A stretch of 63,981 nt of DNA, the filler included, from Malassezia furfur (Eukaryota): the NCBI GenBank assembly GCA_052055015.1. It is 6 parts of 6 records of this genome, joined end to end, with 100 filler letters (N's around TTAATTAATTAA, not from the genome) between each part and the next. Parts side by side here need not be neighbours in the genome. Positions count along the whole stretch, not along the records: positions 11,065 to 21,980 come from JBQJIT010000379.1; 5 more parts are not named here. One strand, written 5' to 3'. Below, piece after piece: positions 11,065 through 22,080 of this stretch. Position numbers and translations under genes: made by a program. The number at the start of each line of letters is the position of its first letter. Position 1 is the first letter of the stretch. The notes under the pieces were generated by a model. It saw only the letters and a list, made by a program, of their open reading frames with translations. It was not told the DNA's origin and ran no database searches.

Positions 11065-11847
11065 GACTCGGCGGACGTGCGCCTGGTGGTGTGCGAGAAC
11101 GAGGTGCTGCAGCTGCAGAGCGCCAACGCCGAGCTGGCGCGCGAGCTGCGCGTCGTGAAGAGCCATGCGAGTTTCCTACTAGGCCTCTACAAGTGGCGCG
11201 GCGAGCAGGCCGGCGGCGATGCCGCACAGCTTGCGGACCTCCAGCAGCGCCTCGAAGACGAGACGCGCGCGCGGCAGCGGGCCGAGCGCCGGCTGCAGGA
11301 GCTACAGCTGCGCGCGCCGCGCGCCGCGTCGCTGGACGTGGCCGACGCGCCGGCACCGGAGCCGCCGGAGCCGCCGATGCCTGCCGTGCTCGACGAGAGT
11401 GCGGGCGAGGCTTCGAGCCCCGTGCTGGACGCACGCCCACTCCCCGAGCGTCCCGCGCCCCGCCCCCGCGTACGTCGCACCGCACTGACCCAGGGCCGAC
11501 CGCGCAAGAAGCCGGATACGTCGAGCTCGCCGCCCGCGCCGCCGCTCGAGGCGTTTGGCATCGCGCGGAGCGAGAGCCCACGGCCCGAGCCCTCCGCCAC
11601 GCCCGAGCCTGCGGTGCTGCAGCCGGGCATGACGCCGATGCTGCGGCGCGCCGGCGCGACGTCGGCGCTGGCGCTGGACGTGGAGTCCACCCCGATGCTC
11701 GATGCGGGCGATGCGTCGCCTGCACGCAAGAAGAAGCGCAAGCTGCTCAGCGCGAACCCCAACTTCCTGCGGCTGAACGAGGCGTCCGCGACGCTCTCGC
11801 CGGGGCACGACCTGCTGATGCCCCTGTCGCCCGCGCAGCTGCCGTAG
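11065..11847 (+). CDS. Hypothetical coiled-coil / Pro-rich protein, 5'-truncated
   Basis: Frame is open from the contig edge. Heptad-like segment LQLQSANAELARELRVVK, basic cluster RKKKRKLL, GC3-rich codons. Confidence 0.6.
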   Translation, partial: DSADVRLVVCENEVLQLQSANAELARELRVVKSHASFLLGLYKWRGEQAGGDAAQLADLQQRLEDETRARQRAERRLQELQLRAPRAASLDVADAPAPEPPEPPMPAVLDESAGEASSPVLDARPLPERPAPRPRVRRTALTQGRPRKKPDTSSSPPAPPLEAFGIARSESPRPEPSATPEPAVLQPGMTPMLRRAGATSALALDVESTPMLDAGDASPARKKKRKLLSANPNFLRLNEASATLSPGHDLLMPLSPAQLP

Positions 11848-11948
11848 TGCTTATCGAGATGCCGATAGGAAGTGATCGGGCGTGCCCGATAGGATCGGCC
11901 TTGGCGCCTTTGCTTATCTTGGCAGAGAGCGGCGTGCGACTGCCCCTC

Positions 11949-12476
11949 ATGCCATTCCTCGAGCATTTCCATCGCGGGAAGAAGACGGAGCAGGAGGCCA
12001 CGCCGGAGCGTGGCCGCACCATGACCGGGACAGGGCGCGGCGGCGCCGGCAACGTGCGTGCACACGGCTTACCCCAGATCCATTACGCAAGCAAGGACTC
12101 CGCCAACGACGAGGACGACACGCCCAAGGAGACGCCGCACATCATGCACGTCGGCCGCGGCGGCGTCGGCAACGTGCGCTCCCCGTCGCGCGACCCCGCG
12201 GACCGGCGCCGCGAGGAGCGTGACGAGCGCGAGCTCGACGAAATGCAGGACGCCGAGCTCCGGCAGCACTATCACACTACGGGGCGCGGCGGCCGCGGCA
12301 ATATGCCCTTCCCCCAGGAGGAGGAGCGTGGGCGCCGCTCCACGCCTACAGGACCCGGCCGCGTCGCGGGTCTCGTGCGGTCCTTGTCGCGCTCGCGCTC
12401 GCGCGAGCCGTCCGACGTACGGCGCCGCGAAAGCTCCACGACGCGCCGTTCAAACCTGAACCAGGTCGCAGAGTAG
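11949..12476 (+). CDS. DUF3602 / Par32-like protein with GRGGxGN repeats
   Basis: Three GRGG(A/V/R)GN motifs. Removing intron 12054-12077 (24 nt) gives the canonical GRGGAGNI. Confidence 0.75.
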   Translation: MPFLEHFHRGKKTEQEATPERGRTMTGTGRGGAGNVRAHGLPQIHYASKDSANDEDDTPKETPHIMHVGRGGVGNVRSPSRDPADRRREERDERELDEMQDAELRQHYHTTGRGGRGNMPFPQEEERGRRSTPTGPGRVAGLVRSLSRSRSREPSDVRRRESSTTRRSNLNQVAE

Positions 12477-12521
12477 GGGTACGAAAGTATGGGATTCGGC
12501 TTGGGTATCGTAAGGGAATAG

Positions 12522-14800
12522 TTAATCGGAAGGTTCATCTAGGAAGAGCGCATCACGCGACGGGCTGGGGCGGCCGTGCGGATTGTGGGGTAGCACAAGC
12601 GCGACCCGCCGCGGCGCGCGCCGCGGGCCGTGGGCGCGGAATTTCTTGTAGTTGCGCACCGCCGGGGCCTCGGGGGTTTCGGCACGCACGAGCGGCACAT
12701 AGCGCACCTGCACAAACGACGTGCGCTGCAGTGACGTGTCCATCGACGCGCTCGGTGGAGTCGCCGAGCGCGCACGAGCTGGGGCGGCCGCAGGCGTCGC
12801 CAAGCCCGGAGAAGCAATCGGAGACGGCGAGCGATCTGCTCCTGCTGCATCAGCGGCTGCCGGAGATAAGGAGCGCGCCGCCGGTGCTGGACGCGCGGGC
12901 TCGTCCGGCGGCAAGGTGCGCCCAGTCCCCGCCGCGCCCTCATGCCCCGAGAGCGAAGGAGTCGGCACCGACGCAGCGGGCTCCTGCGTCAGGCCGAATA
13001 GTTCATCGAGCAGGAACGACCGCCGTGCTTGCCGCGTACCGGCGAGGCGCTGCAGCGCCGTCGGCGGCGGTGTACTTGACACCGGCGCACGGACCTCGGC
13101 ACTAGCCTGGAAGGGGCCGGTCGCAGGCGGCAGCATAAATACGTCGCTCGCATCCAGTGGTGCCTCGGTGCGTGGCAAGACAGATGCCGGGCTGGGGGAT
13201 GCCTCGCGTGCATGTAGGGGTGTAGGGACCGGCGACCCCTCCTGAGGCGCCGCACGTGGCTCCGGAGCCCTTCCGCGTTGCGCCTCGGGGGGCGACGCAC
13301 GCCGTGGAACGGCCGGTTGTGGGTCGGTACGCCGGGCCCCTCGCTCTGGTTCGGCGCGAACAGTGTCCAGAGTCGGATCGGTAATGTCTTCCAGGCTCGG
13401 GCTATCCGACAGAGGCATCTCCTCCGTGGGGTCCATCGTCTCATCCTGTGGCCGCTGCTCTGGCGAGTACAGCGAAATGTCGCCCGCGTACGCCGCAGGA
13501 CCCGCCGGCTGCGTCGGTGGAAATACATCGATTTCGCCATCGTGCCTCGCCTGGTCCTCCCGCATGCTTGGTGGTGAGGCCGGCCCTTGGGTCCCGGAAA
13601 GCAGCAGCGTTGCGTCGTCCTCGGCATCGTGCGCGTCCTGCCCTGCAACGTACAGTTCCGCACACGTCCGGGCCTCGAGGATGCACTCGGCCACGGCCGT
13701 CACGCCTTGCGGCATCACGCGGATCCGGAAACTGCATAAGTCGCCCACGTACCGCCGCGCCGCCTCGGTCACGAGGGATGTCCAGGGCGCCATCGTCTCG
13801 CCGCACAGCACAAACGTTTCTTGCACGGGCACCGGCGTAGGCCGCGCCGCCCAGTGGGCATCGGCGGCCACCTGTGCCTCGCGCAACATGTGCTCGGCGT
13901 CCCGCACCGAGCCCAGTGGGTGTTTTCGGAGGTCGTGCACCACGACGTGGCCCTCGGCCGCGATGGCCAATTGCTCGAAATCCGTCTGCGTTAGTCAGGG
14001 ACCTACATAGCGCCGTTCGGGCCCAGGAAGCACAAATACCAGTGTCGTGCCACGAAAGAGCATTGCGCGTTTGGACGATGGCGCGAGCTGCGACGTGGAC
14101 AGCGGCGTATCGAGCGCCAACCGCGCGTCTAGCGGCGGAACGTACAGGCGGCTCTCTGGCCACGCACTCTCGGCTGGAGACGCTATAGCCGCCTCGACAT
14201 ACGCTGCCGTCACAATAGGGATCCCACGGACGAGCGCGAGGAGCTGCGTACGGTTGGGACGCACGTGCGCGACGCACAGATGTGTGCAGCGCACGTCGAG
14301 CGACTCGCGCACCGTCACGAGGTGCACGCCGCTGGCGCATGCACGACGGCGGACGTCCTCGGCCTCGAGCGACGGCACACGCACGATGCCGACCGTGCAC
14401 GGCACCCAGTGCAGCTCGAGCGAGACGTCGTTCACGAGGCGGACACGCGCGCGGTCGGTGAGCGGGATGGGCGTCTCGACACGGATGCGCTGCTCCACGC
14501 GGTTTTTGCCGCGGAACGTCTCCACCAGCGAGCCCGTTTTGCTGCGTGCGTGCATGATCCAGCACACTTGGGGTATATACGCAGGGTCGCCCAGCTGCTC
14601 GGCGGACATCGACGCGACCTGCAGGGTGCCTGCCATGCGGCTCACCCGGAGCATCGGTATACATAGGTCCACCGCGCCCTCCTTGCGGCCCACCGTGTAC
14701 TCGCGGCCTGTATGCAGGACGCGGGACGTGGGTGGCGCTGCGCATCAGTCGAGGAATACGTACCGTCCTCGCCATCGAACCACGAATGCACGAACCACAT
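12522..14800 (-). CDS. NBS1: Nibrin/Xrs2 (FHA-BRCT), mirror copy
   Basis: Reverse-complement copy of 18245-20523. Confidence 0.8.
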
Positions 14801-15254
14801 CCACGCCGGGCTTGGGCGGCCTCCACTCGTCAGGAAGGTGGAAGTGCACCAATTTGGCGGATTGACGCCTCCTCCACTCGTCGTGGCGCGGAGCAGGGCG
14901 CTGATGGTTGCAACGACGCACGTCTTGTGTGCTCACTATGTGCACGACCCGGTCGTTCCACGGTCTCGGCAGCAGTCGTTGTGGTCCGTGCGGTAGGCCA
15001 CGCCGAGCCGCTGCCTTTGTCCATACTCCTCCATACTACGAGTCACCTGGCTGGCCTCTCTATGCACGGCAGGCCCTACTTCCTACCCGTCTCTATCGAA
15101 CCTCCCTGGCTGAATGCCGCTGAGTCGTCGCGCCGCCGCGGCGTCGCTCTCGGTCGCGTGGGCCGGCGCGCCCTACATCGGCGTGGAGGATCTGCGCGTG
15201 GGGCAGCGACGGTGTGTCACGTGCTCGCACCGACACGGCTTGTGCTCAGCGGTG

Positions 15255-16522
15255 ATGTACAATTATCGGCCGCGGGACGGGCGGCCACAGCCGTACTTGA
15301 GCCGGTCTTCGGGCATGCGCACGCCCGAGTGGGGCGGGCGCAGCCTCGACTTGGATGTGCGCCTGACGCCGATCCAGTCCTATGTTGGTACGTGCCATTC
15401 CTGACGAAGAACGCTGCTGTGAATCCGGCACGGAAACGCTCAACTTGCCGCTTGCGCTCGAGCTCGCCGATTATGTGAACACAAAACGCGCCAACAGCGC
15501 GCGCGAAGCCGTGTTTGAGACGCTTGGGAAGATCAACTCGCGCGTGCCACACGTTGGCTTGCTCGGCCTCGATGTGAGTAGTTGGTTTGGCTGACCCAGC
15601 TGCTCGACATTCTTGTGAAGAACTGTGGGTACCCCGTGCATCTCCAGCTCGGCACGAAAGAGTTTCTCAACGGGCTCGTGCGGCGCTTCCCTGAGCGCCC
15701 GCCGATGCACCCGAGCCCCGTCATGATCCGAATCCTCGAGATGATCCACGAATGGCGGCAGACGATCTGTGTCACGAGCAAGCACAAAGAGGACTTGGTC
15801 CACATCCGCGACATGCACCGGCTTCTTATGTACAAAGGCTACCGGTTTCCCCGCGTGGATGCGCGCAACGCCTCTGTGCTCAACAACGATACGGCGCTGC
15901 AGTCGCCCGAGGAGCTCGAAGAGGAGAACCGCATCGCCCAAGGCGCCAAGCTCCAGGAGCTCATTCGGCGCGGCACGCCGCGTGATCTGCAGCAGGCACA
16001 GGAGCTGATGAAGATCATGTCGGGTGCCGAGCCAGAGGCCAACGTGCAGACCAAGCATGTGGTCAAGGAGCTCGACAAGGTGCAAGCGCGCGCGAAGCTG
16101 CTCAACGACATGCTTGACCAGGCGAAGCCGAACGAAAAGTTTGTCTCGGGCGATGCGTATGACCAAGTCGCGTCGAACCTGCGCAGTGTTCAGCCGCGGC
16201 TGCAAAAATGGATCACCCAGGCTGAGGAGGAGGAATCCGACCAGCTTCAGCGGTTCCTGGAGGTGAACGACCTGATCAACCAGTCGCTCACGCGCTACGA
16301 TGCACTCGTGGGAGGCGACACGACCAAGGCGCAAAAGTCCAAGGCCAAGATCGACTTGATATCGTTTGACGACGACGAGGAGAGCCAAAGTGCTCCGCCG
16401 GCTGCGCAGGCCTCGTCGTCAAACCTGGGCGCGCTGGACGAGCTGGCCTCGCTGTCGCTTGGCGGGGCCGATGCGCCGCACGTCTCGCGCTCCGCCGCTG
16501 CGCAGGCGGCGAGTGCGGCGCC
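15255..16522 (+). CDS. GGA: GGA clathrin adaptor (VHS + GAT), cut by the palindrome axis; GAE domain not present
   Basis: Introns 15388-15409 (22 nt) and 15574-15599 (26 nt). VHS motifs LELADYVN and LLDILVKNCGYPVHLQLGTKEFLNGLVRRFPERPP; GAT motif AKLQELIRRGTPRDLQQAQELMKIMSG. Confidence 0.88.
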
Positions 16523-17790
16523 GGCGCCGCACTCGCCGCCTGCGCAGCGGCGGAGCGCGAGACGTGCGGCGCATCGGCCCCGCCAAGCGACAGCGAGGCC
16601 AGCTCGTCCAGCGCGCCCAGGTTTGACGACGAGGCCTGCGCAGCCGGCGGAGCACTTTGGCTCTCCTCGTCGTCGTCAAACGATATCAAGTCGATCTTGG
16701 CCTTGGACTTTTGCGCCTTGGTCGTGTCGCCTCCCACGAGTGCATCGTAGCGCGTGAGCGACTGGTTGATCAGGTCGTTCACCTCCAGGAACCGCTGAAG
16801 CTGGTCGGATTCCTCCTCCTCAGCCTGGGTGATCCATTTTTGCAGCCGCGGCTGAACACTGCGCAGGTTCGACGCGACTTGGTCATACGCATCGCCCGAG
16901 ACAAACTTTTCGTTCGGCTTCGCCTGGTCAAGCATGTCGTTGAGCAGCTTCGCGCGCGCTTGCACCTTGTCGAGCTCCTTGACCACATGCTTGGTCTGCA
17001 CGTTGGCCTCTGGCTCGGCACCCGACATGATCTTCATCAGCTCCTGTGCCTGCTGCAGATCACGCGGCGTGCCGCGCCGAATGAGCTCCTGGAGCTTGGC
17101 GCCTTGGGCGATGCGGTTCTCCTCTTCGAGCTCCTCGGGCGACTGCAGCGCCGTATCGTTGTTGAGCACAGAGGCGTTGCGCGCATCCACGCGGGGAAAC
17201 CGGTAGCCTTTGTACATAAGAAGCCGGTGCATGTCGCGGATGTGGACCAAGTCCTCTTTGTGCTTGCTCGTGACACAGATCGTCTGCCGCCATTCGTGGA
17301 TCATCTCGAGGATTCGGATCATGACGGGGCTCGGGTGCATCGGCGGGCGCTCAGGGAAGCGCCGCACGAGCCCGTTGAGAAACTCTTTCGTGCCGAGCTG
17401 GAGATGCACGGGGTACCCACAGTTCTTCACAAGAATGTCGAGCAGCTGGGTCAGCCAAACCAACTACTCACATCGAGGCCGAGCAAGCCAACGTGTGGCA
17501 CGCGCGAGTTGATCTTCCCAAGCGTCTCAAACACGGCTTCGCGCGCGCTGTTGGCGCGTTTTGTGTTCACATAATCGGCGAGCTCGAGCGCAAGCGGCAA
17601 GTTGAGCGTTTCCGTGCCGGATTCACAGCAGCGTTCTTCGTCAGGAATGGCACGTACCAACATAGGACTGGATCGGCGTCAGGCGCACATCCAAGTCGAG
17701 GCTGCGCCCGCCCCACTCGGGCGTGCGCATGCCCGAAGACCGGCTCAAGTACGGCTGTGGCCGCCCGTCCCGCGGCCGATAATTGTACAT
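16523..17790 (-). CDS. GGA: GGA adaptor fragment, mirror copy
   Basis: Reverse-complement copy of 15255-16522. Confidence 0.8.
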
Positions 17791-18244
17791 CACCGCTGAG
17801 CACAAGCCGTGTCGGTGCGAGCACGTGACACACCGTCGCTGCCCCACGCGCAGATCCTCCACGCCGATGTAGGGCGCGCCGGCCCACGCGACCGAGAGCG
17901 ACGCCGCGGCGGCGCGACGACTCAGCGGCATTCAGCCAGGGAGGTTCGATAGAGACGGGTAGGAAGTAGGGCCTGCCGTGCATAGAGAGGCCAGCCAGGT
18001 GACTCGTAGTATGGAGGAGTATGGACAAAGGCAGCGGCTCGGCGTGGCCTACCGCACGGACCACAACGACTGCTGCCGAGACCGTGGAACGACCGGGTCG
18101 TGCACATAGTGAGCACACAAGACGTGCGTCGTTGCAACCATCAGCGCCCTGCTCCGCGCCACGACGAGTGGAGGAGGCGTCAATCCGCCAAATTGGTGCA
18201 CTTCCACCTTCCTGACGAGTGGAGGCCGCCCAAGCCCGGCGTGG

Positions 18245-20523
18245 ATGTGGTTCGTGCATTCGTGGTTCGATGGCGAGGACGGTACGTATTCCTCGACTGA
18301 TGCGCAGCGCCACCCACGTCCCGCGTCCTGCATACAGGCCGCGAGTACACGGTGGGCCGCAAGGAGGGCGCGGTGGACCTATGTATACCGATGCTCCGGG
18401 TGAGCCGCATGGCAGGCACCCTGCAGGTCGCGTCGATGTCCGCCGAGCAGCTGGGCGACCCTGCGTATATACCCCAAGTGTGCTGGATCATGCACGCACG
18501 CAGCAAAACGGGCTCGCTGGTGGAGACGTTCCGCGGCAAAAACCGCGTGGAGCAGCGCATCCGTGTCGAGACGCCCATCCCGCTCACCGACCGCGCGCGT
18601 GTCCGCCTCGTGAACGACGTCTCGCTCGAGCTGCACTGGGTGCCGTGCACGGTCGGCATCGTGCGTGTGCCGTCGCTCGAGGCCGAGGACGTCCGCCGTC
18701 GTGCATGCGCCAGCGGCGTGCACCTCGTGACGGTGCGCGAGTCGCTCGACGTGCGCTGCACACATCTGTGCGTCGCGCACGTGCGTCCCAACCGTACGCA
18801 GCTCCTCGCGCTCGTCCGTGGGATCCCTATTGTGACGGCAGCGTATGTCGAGGCGGCTATAGCGTCTCCAGCCGAGAGTGCGTGGCCAGAGAGCCGCCTG
18901 TACGTTCCGCCGCTAGACGCGCGGTTGGCGCTCGATACGCCGCTGTCCACGTCGCAGCTCGCGCCATCGTCCAAACGCGCAATGCTCTTTCGTGGCACGA
19001 CACTGGTATTTGTGCTTCCTGGGCCCGAACGGCGCTATGTAGGTCCCTGACTAACGCAGACGGATTTCGAGCAATTGGCCATCGCGGCCGAGGGCCACGT
19101 CGTGGTGCACGACCTCCGAAAACACCCACTGGGCTCGGTGCGGGACGCCGAGCACATGTTGCGCGAGGCACAGGTGGCCGCCGATGCCCACTGGGCGGCG
19201 CGGCCTACGCCGGTGCCCGTGCAAGAAACGTTTGTGCTGTGCGGCGAGACGATGGCGCCCTGGACATCCCTCGTGACCGAGGCGGCGCGGCGGTACGTGG
19301 GCGACTTATGCAGTTTCCGGATCCGCGTGATGCCGCAAGGCGTGACGGCCGTGGCCGAGTGCATCCTCGAGGCCCGGACGTGTGCGGAACTGTACGTTGC
19401 AGGGCAGGACGCGCACGATGCCGAGGACGACGCAACGCTGCTGCTTTCCGGGACCCAAGGGCCGGCCTCACCACCAAGCATGCGGGAGGACCAGGCGAGG
19501 CACGATGGCGAAATCGATGTATTTCCACCGACGCAGCCGGCGGGTCCTGCGGCGTACGCGGGCGACATTTCGCTGTACTCGCCAGAGCAGCGGCCACAGG
19601 ATGAGACGATGGACCCCACGGAGGAGATGCCTCTGTCGGATAGCCCGAGCCTGGAAGACATTACCGATCCGACTCTGGACACTGTTCGCGCCGAACCAGA
19701 GCGAGGGGCCCGGCGTACCGACCCACAACCGGCCGTTCCACGGCGTGCGTCGCCCCCCGAGGCGCAACGCGGAAGGGCTCCGGAGCCACGTGCGGCGCCT
19801 CAGGAGGGGTCGCCGGTCCCTACACCCCTACATGCACGCGAGGCATCCCCCAGCCCGGCATCTGTCTTGCCACGCACCGAGGCACCACTGGATGCGAGCG
19901 ACGTATTTATGCTGCCGCCTGCGACCGGCCCCTTCCAGGCTAGTGCCGAGGTCCGTGCGCCGGTGTCAAGTACACCGCCGCCGACGGCGCTGCAGCGCCT
20001 CGCCGGTACGCGGCAAGCACGGCGGTCGTTCCTGCTCGATGAACTATTCGGCCTGACGCAGGAGCCCGCTGCGTCGGTGCCGACTCCTTCGCTCTCGGGG
20101 CATGAGGGCGCGGCGGGGACTGGGCGCACCTTGCCGCCGGACGAGCCCGCGCGTCCAGCACCGGCGGCGCGCTCCTTATCTCCGGCAGCCGCTGATGCAG
20201 CAGGAGCAGATCGCTCGCCGTCTCCGATTGCTTCTCCGGGCTTGGCGACGCCTGCGGCCGCCCCAGCTCGTGCGCGCTCGGCGACTCCACCGAGCGCGTC
20301 GATGGACACGTCACTGCAGCGCACGTCGTTTGTGCAGGTGCGCTATGTGCCGCTCGTGCGTGCCGAAACCCCCGAGGCCCCGGCGGTGCGCAACTACAAG
20401 AAATTCCGCGCCCACGGCCCGCGGCGCGCGCCGCGGCGGGTCGCGCTTGTGCTACCCCACAATCCGCACGGCCGCCCCAGCCCGTCGCGTGATGCGCTCT
20501 TCCTAGATGAACCTTCCGATTAA
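18245..20523 (+). CDS. NBS1: Nibrin/Xrs2, MRN complex subunit
   Basis: Starts MWFV. Introns 18282-18307 (26 nt) and 19039-19059 (21 nt, contains an in-frame TGA). FHA motif EYTVGRK..VSR; BRCT motif CTHL..GIPIVT..Y..LFRGTTLVF; C-terminal Mre11-binding-like NYKKFR. Confidence 0.85.
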
Positions 20524-20568
20524 CTATTCCCTTACGATACCCAAGCCGAATCCCATACTTTCGTACCC

Positions 20569-21096
20569 CTACTCTGCGACCTGGTTCAGGTTTGAACGGC
20601 GCGTCGTGGAGCTTTCGCGGCGCCGTACGTCGGACGGCTCGCGCGAGCGCGAGCGCGACAAGGACCGCACGAGACCCGCGACGCGGCCGGGTCCTGTAGG
20701 CGTGGAGCGGCGCCCACGCTCCTCCTCCTGGGGGAAGGGCATATTGCCGCGGCCGCCGCGCCCCGTAGTGTGATAGTGCTGCCGGAGCTCGGCGTCCTGC
20801 ATTTCGTCGAGCTCGCGCTCGTCACGCTCCTCGCGGCGCCGGTCCGCGGGGTCGCGCGACGGGGAGCGCACGTTGCCGACGCCGCCGCGGCCGACGTGCA
20901 TGATGTGCGGCGTCTCCTTGGGCGTGTCGTCCTCGTCGTTGGCGGAGTCCTTGCTTGCGTAATGGATCTGGGGTAAGCCGTGTGCACGCACGTTGCCGGC
21001 GCCGCCGCGCCCTGTCCCGGTCATGGTGCGGCCACGCTCCGGCGTGGCCTCCTGCTCCGTCTTCTTCCCGCGATGGAAATGCTCGAGGAATGGCAT
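20569..21096 (-). CDS. DUF3602 / Par32-like protein, mirror copy
   Basis: Reverse-complement copy of 11949-12476. Confidence 0.7.
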   Translation of the reverse strand: MPFLEHFHRGKKTEQEATPERGRTMTGTGRGGAGNVRAHGLPQIHYASKDSANDEDDTPKETPHIMHVGRGGVGNVRSPSRDPADRRREERDERELDEMQDAELRQHYHTTGRGGRGNMPFPQEEERGRRSTPTGPGRVAGLVRSLSRSRSREPSDVRRRESSTTRRSNLNQVAE

Positions 21097-21197
21097 GAGG
21101 GGCAGTCGCACGCCGCTCTCTGCCAAGATAAGCAAAGGCGCCAAGGCCGATCCTATCGGGCACGCCCGATCACTTCCTATCGGCATCTCGATAAGCA

Positions 21198-21980
21198 CTA
21201 CGGCAGCTGCGCGGGCGACAGGGGCATCAGCAGGTCGTGCCCCGGCGAGAGCGTCGCGGACGCCTCGTTCAGCCGCAGGAAGTTGGGGTTCGCGCTGAGC
21301 AGCTTGCGCTTCTTCTTGCGTGCAGGCGACGCATCGCCCGCATCGAGCATCGGGGTGGACTCCACGTCCAGCGCCAGCGCCGACGTCGCGCCGGCGCGCC
21401 GCAGCATCGGCGTCATGCCCGGCTGCAGCACCGCAGGCTCGGGCGTGGCGGAGGGCTCGGGCCGTGGGCTCTCGCTCCGCGCGATGCCAAACGCCTCGAG
21501 CGGCGGCGCGGGCGGCGAGCTCGACGTATCCGGCTTCTTGCGCGGTCGGCCCTGGGTCAGTGCGGTGCGACGTACGCGGGGGCGGGGCGCGGGACGCTCG
21601 GGGAGTGGGCGTGCGTCCAGCACGGGGCTCGAAGCCTCGCCCGCACTCTCGTCGAGCACGGCAGGCATCGGCGGCTCCGGCGGCTCCGGTGCCGGCGCGT
21701 CGGCCACGTCCAGCGACGCGGCGCGCGGCGCGCGCAGCTGTAGCTCCTGCAGCCGGCGCTCGGCCCGCTGCCGCGCGCGCGTCTCGTCTTCGAGGCGCTG
21801 CTGGAGGTCCGCAAGCTGTGCGGCATCGCCGCCGGCCTGCTCGCCGCGCCACTTGTAGAGGCCTAGTAGGAAACTCGCATGGCTCTTCACGACGCGCAGC
21901 TCGCGCGCCAGCTCGGCGTTGGCGCTCTGCAGCTGCAGCACCTCGTTCTCGCACACCACCAGGCGCACGTCCGCCGAGTC
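21198..21980 (-). CDS. Hypothetical coiled-coil protein fragment, mirror copy
   Basis: Reverse-complement copy of 11065-11847. Confidence 0.55.
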   Translation of the reverse strand, partial: DSADVRLVVCENEVLQLQSANAELARELRVVKSHASFLLGLYKWRGEQAGGDAAQLADLQQRLEDETRARQRAERRLQELQLRAPRAASLDVADAPAPEPPEPPMPAVLDESAGEASSPVLDARPLPERPAPRPRVRRTALTQGRPRKKPDTSSSPPAPPLEAFGIARSESPRPEPSATPEPAVLQPGMTPMLRRAGATSALALDVESTPMLDAGDASPARKKKRKLLSANPNFLRLNEASATLSPGHDLLMPLSPAQLP

Positions 21981-22080
21981 NNNNNNNNNNNNNNNNNNNN
22001 NNNNNNNNNNNNNNNNNNNNNNNNTTAATTAATTAANNNNNNNNNNNNNNNNNNNNNNNNNNNNNNNNNNNNNNNNNNNN
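21981..22080. other. Artificial contig-joining linker
   Basis: N44-TTAATTAATTAA-N44. Confidence 0.98.

Larger units (their letters stand above)
11065..21980. repeat. Spacerless inverted repeat spanning a whole contig (two 5458-bp arms)
   Basis: ORFs at a..b recur with identical translations at (33045-b)..(33045-a) on the other strand. Axis at 16522/16523 within GCGGCGCC|GGCGCCGC. The contig ends are reverse complements. Confidence 0.97.

Noticed and set aside
16523..16757. Overlapping head-on 391-aa ORFs giving GGA a novel C-terminus
   Set aside because: The tail is simply read-through into the mirrored arm.
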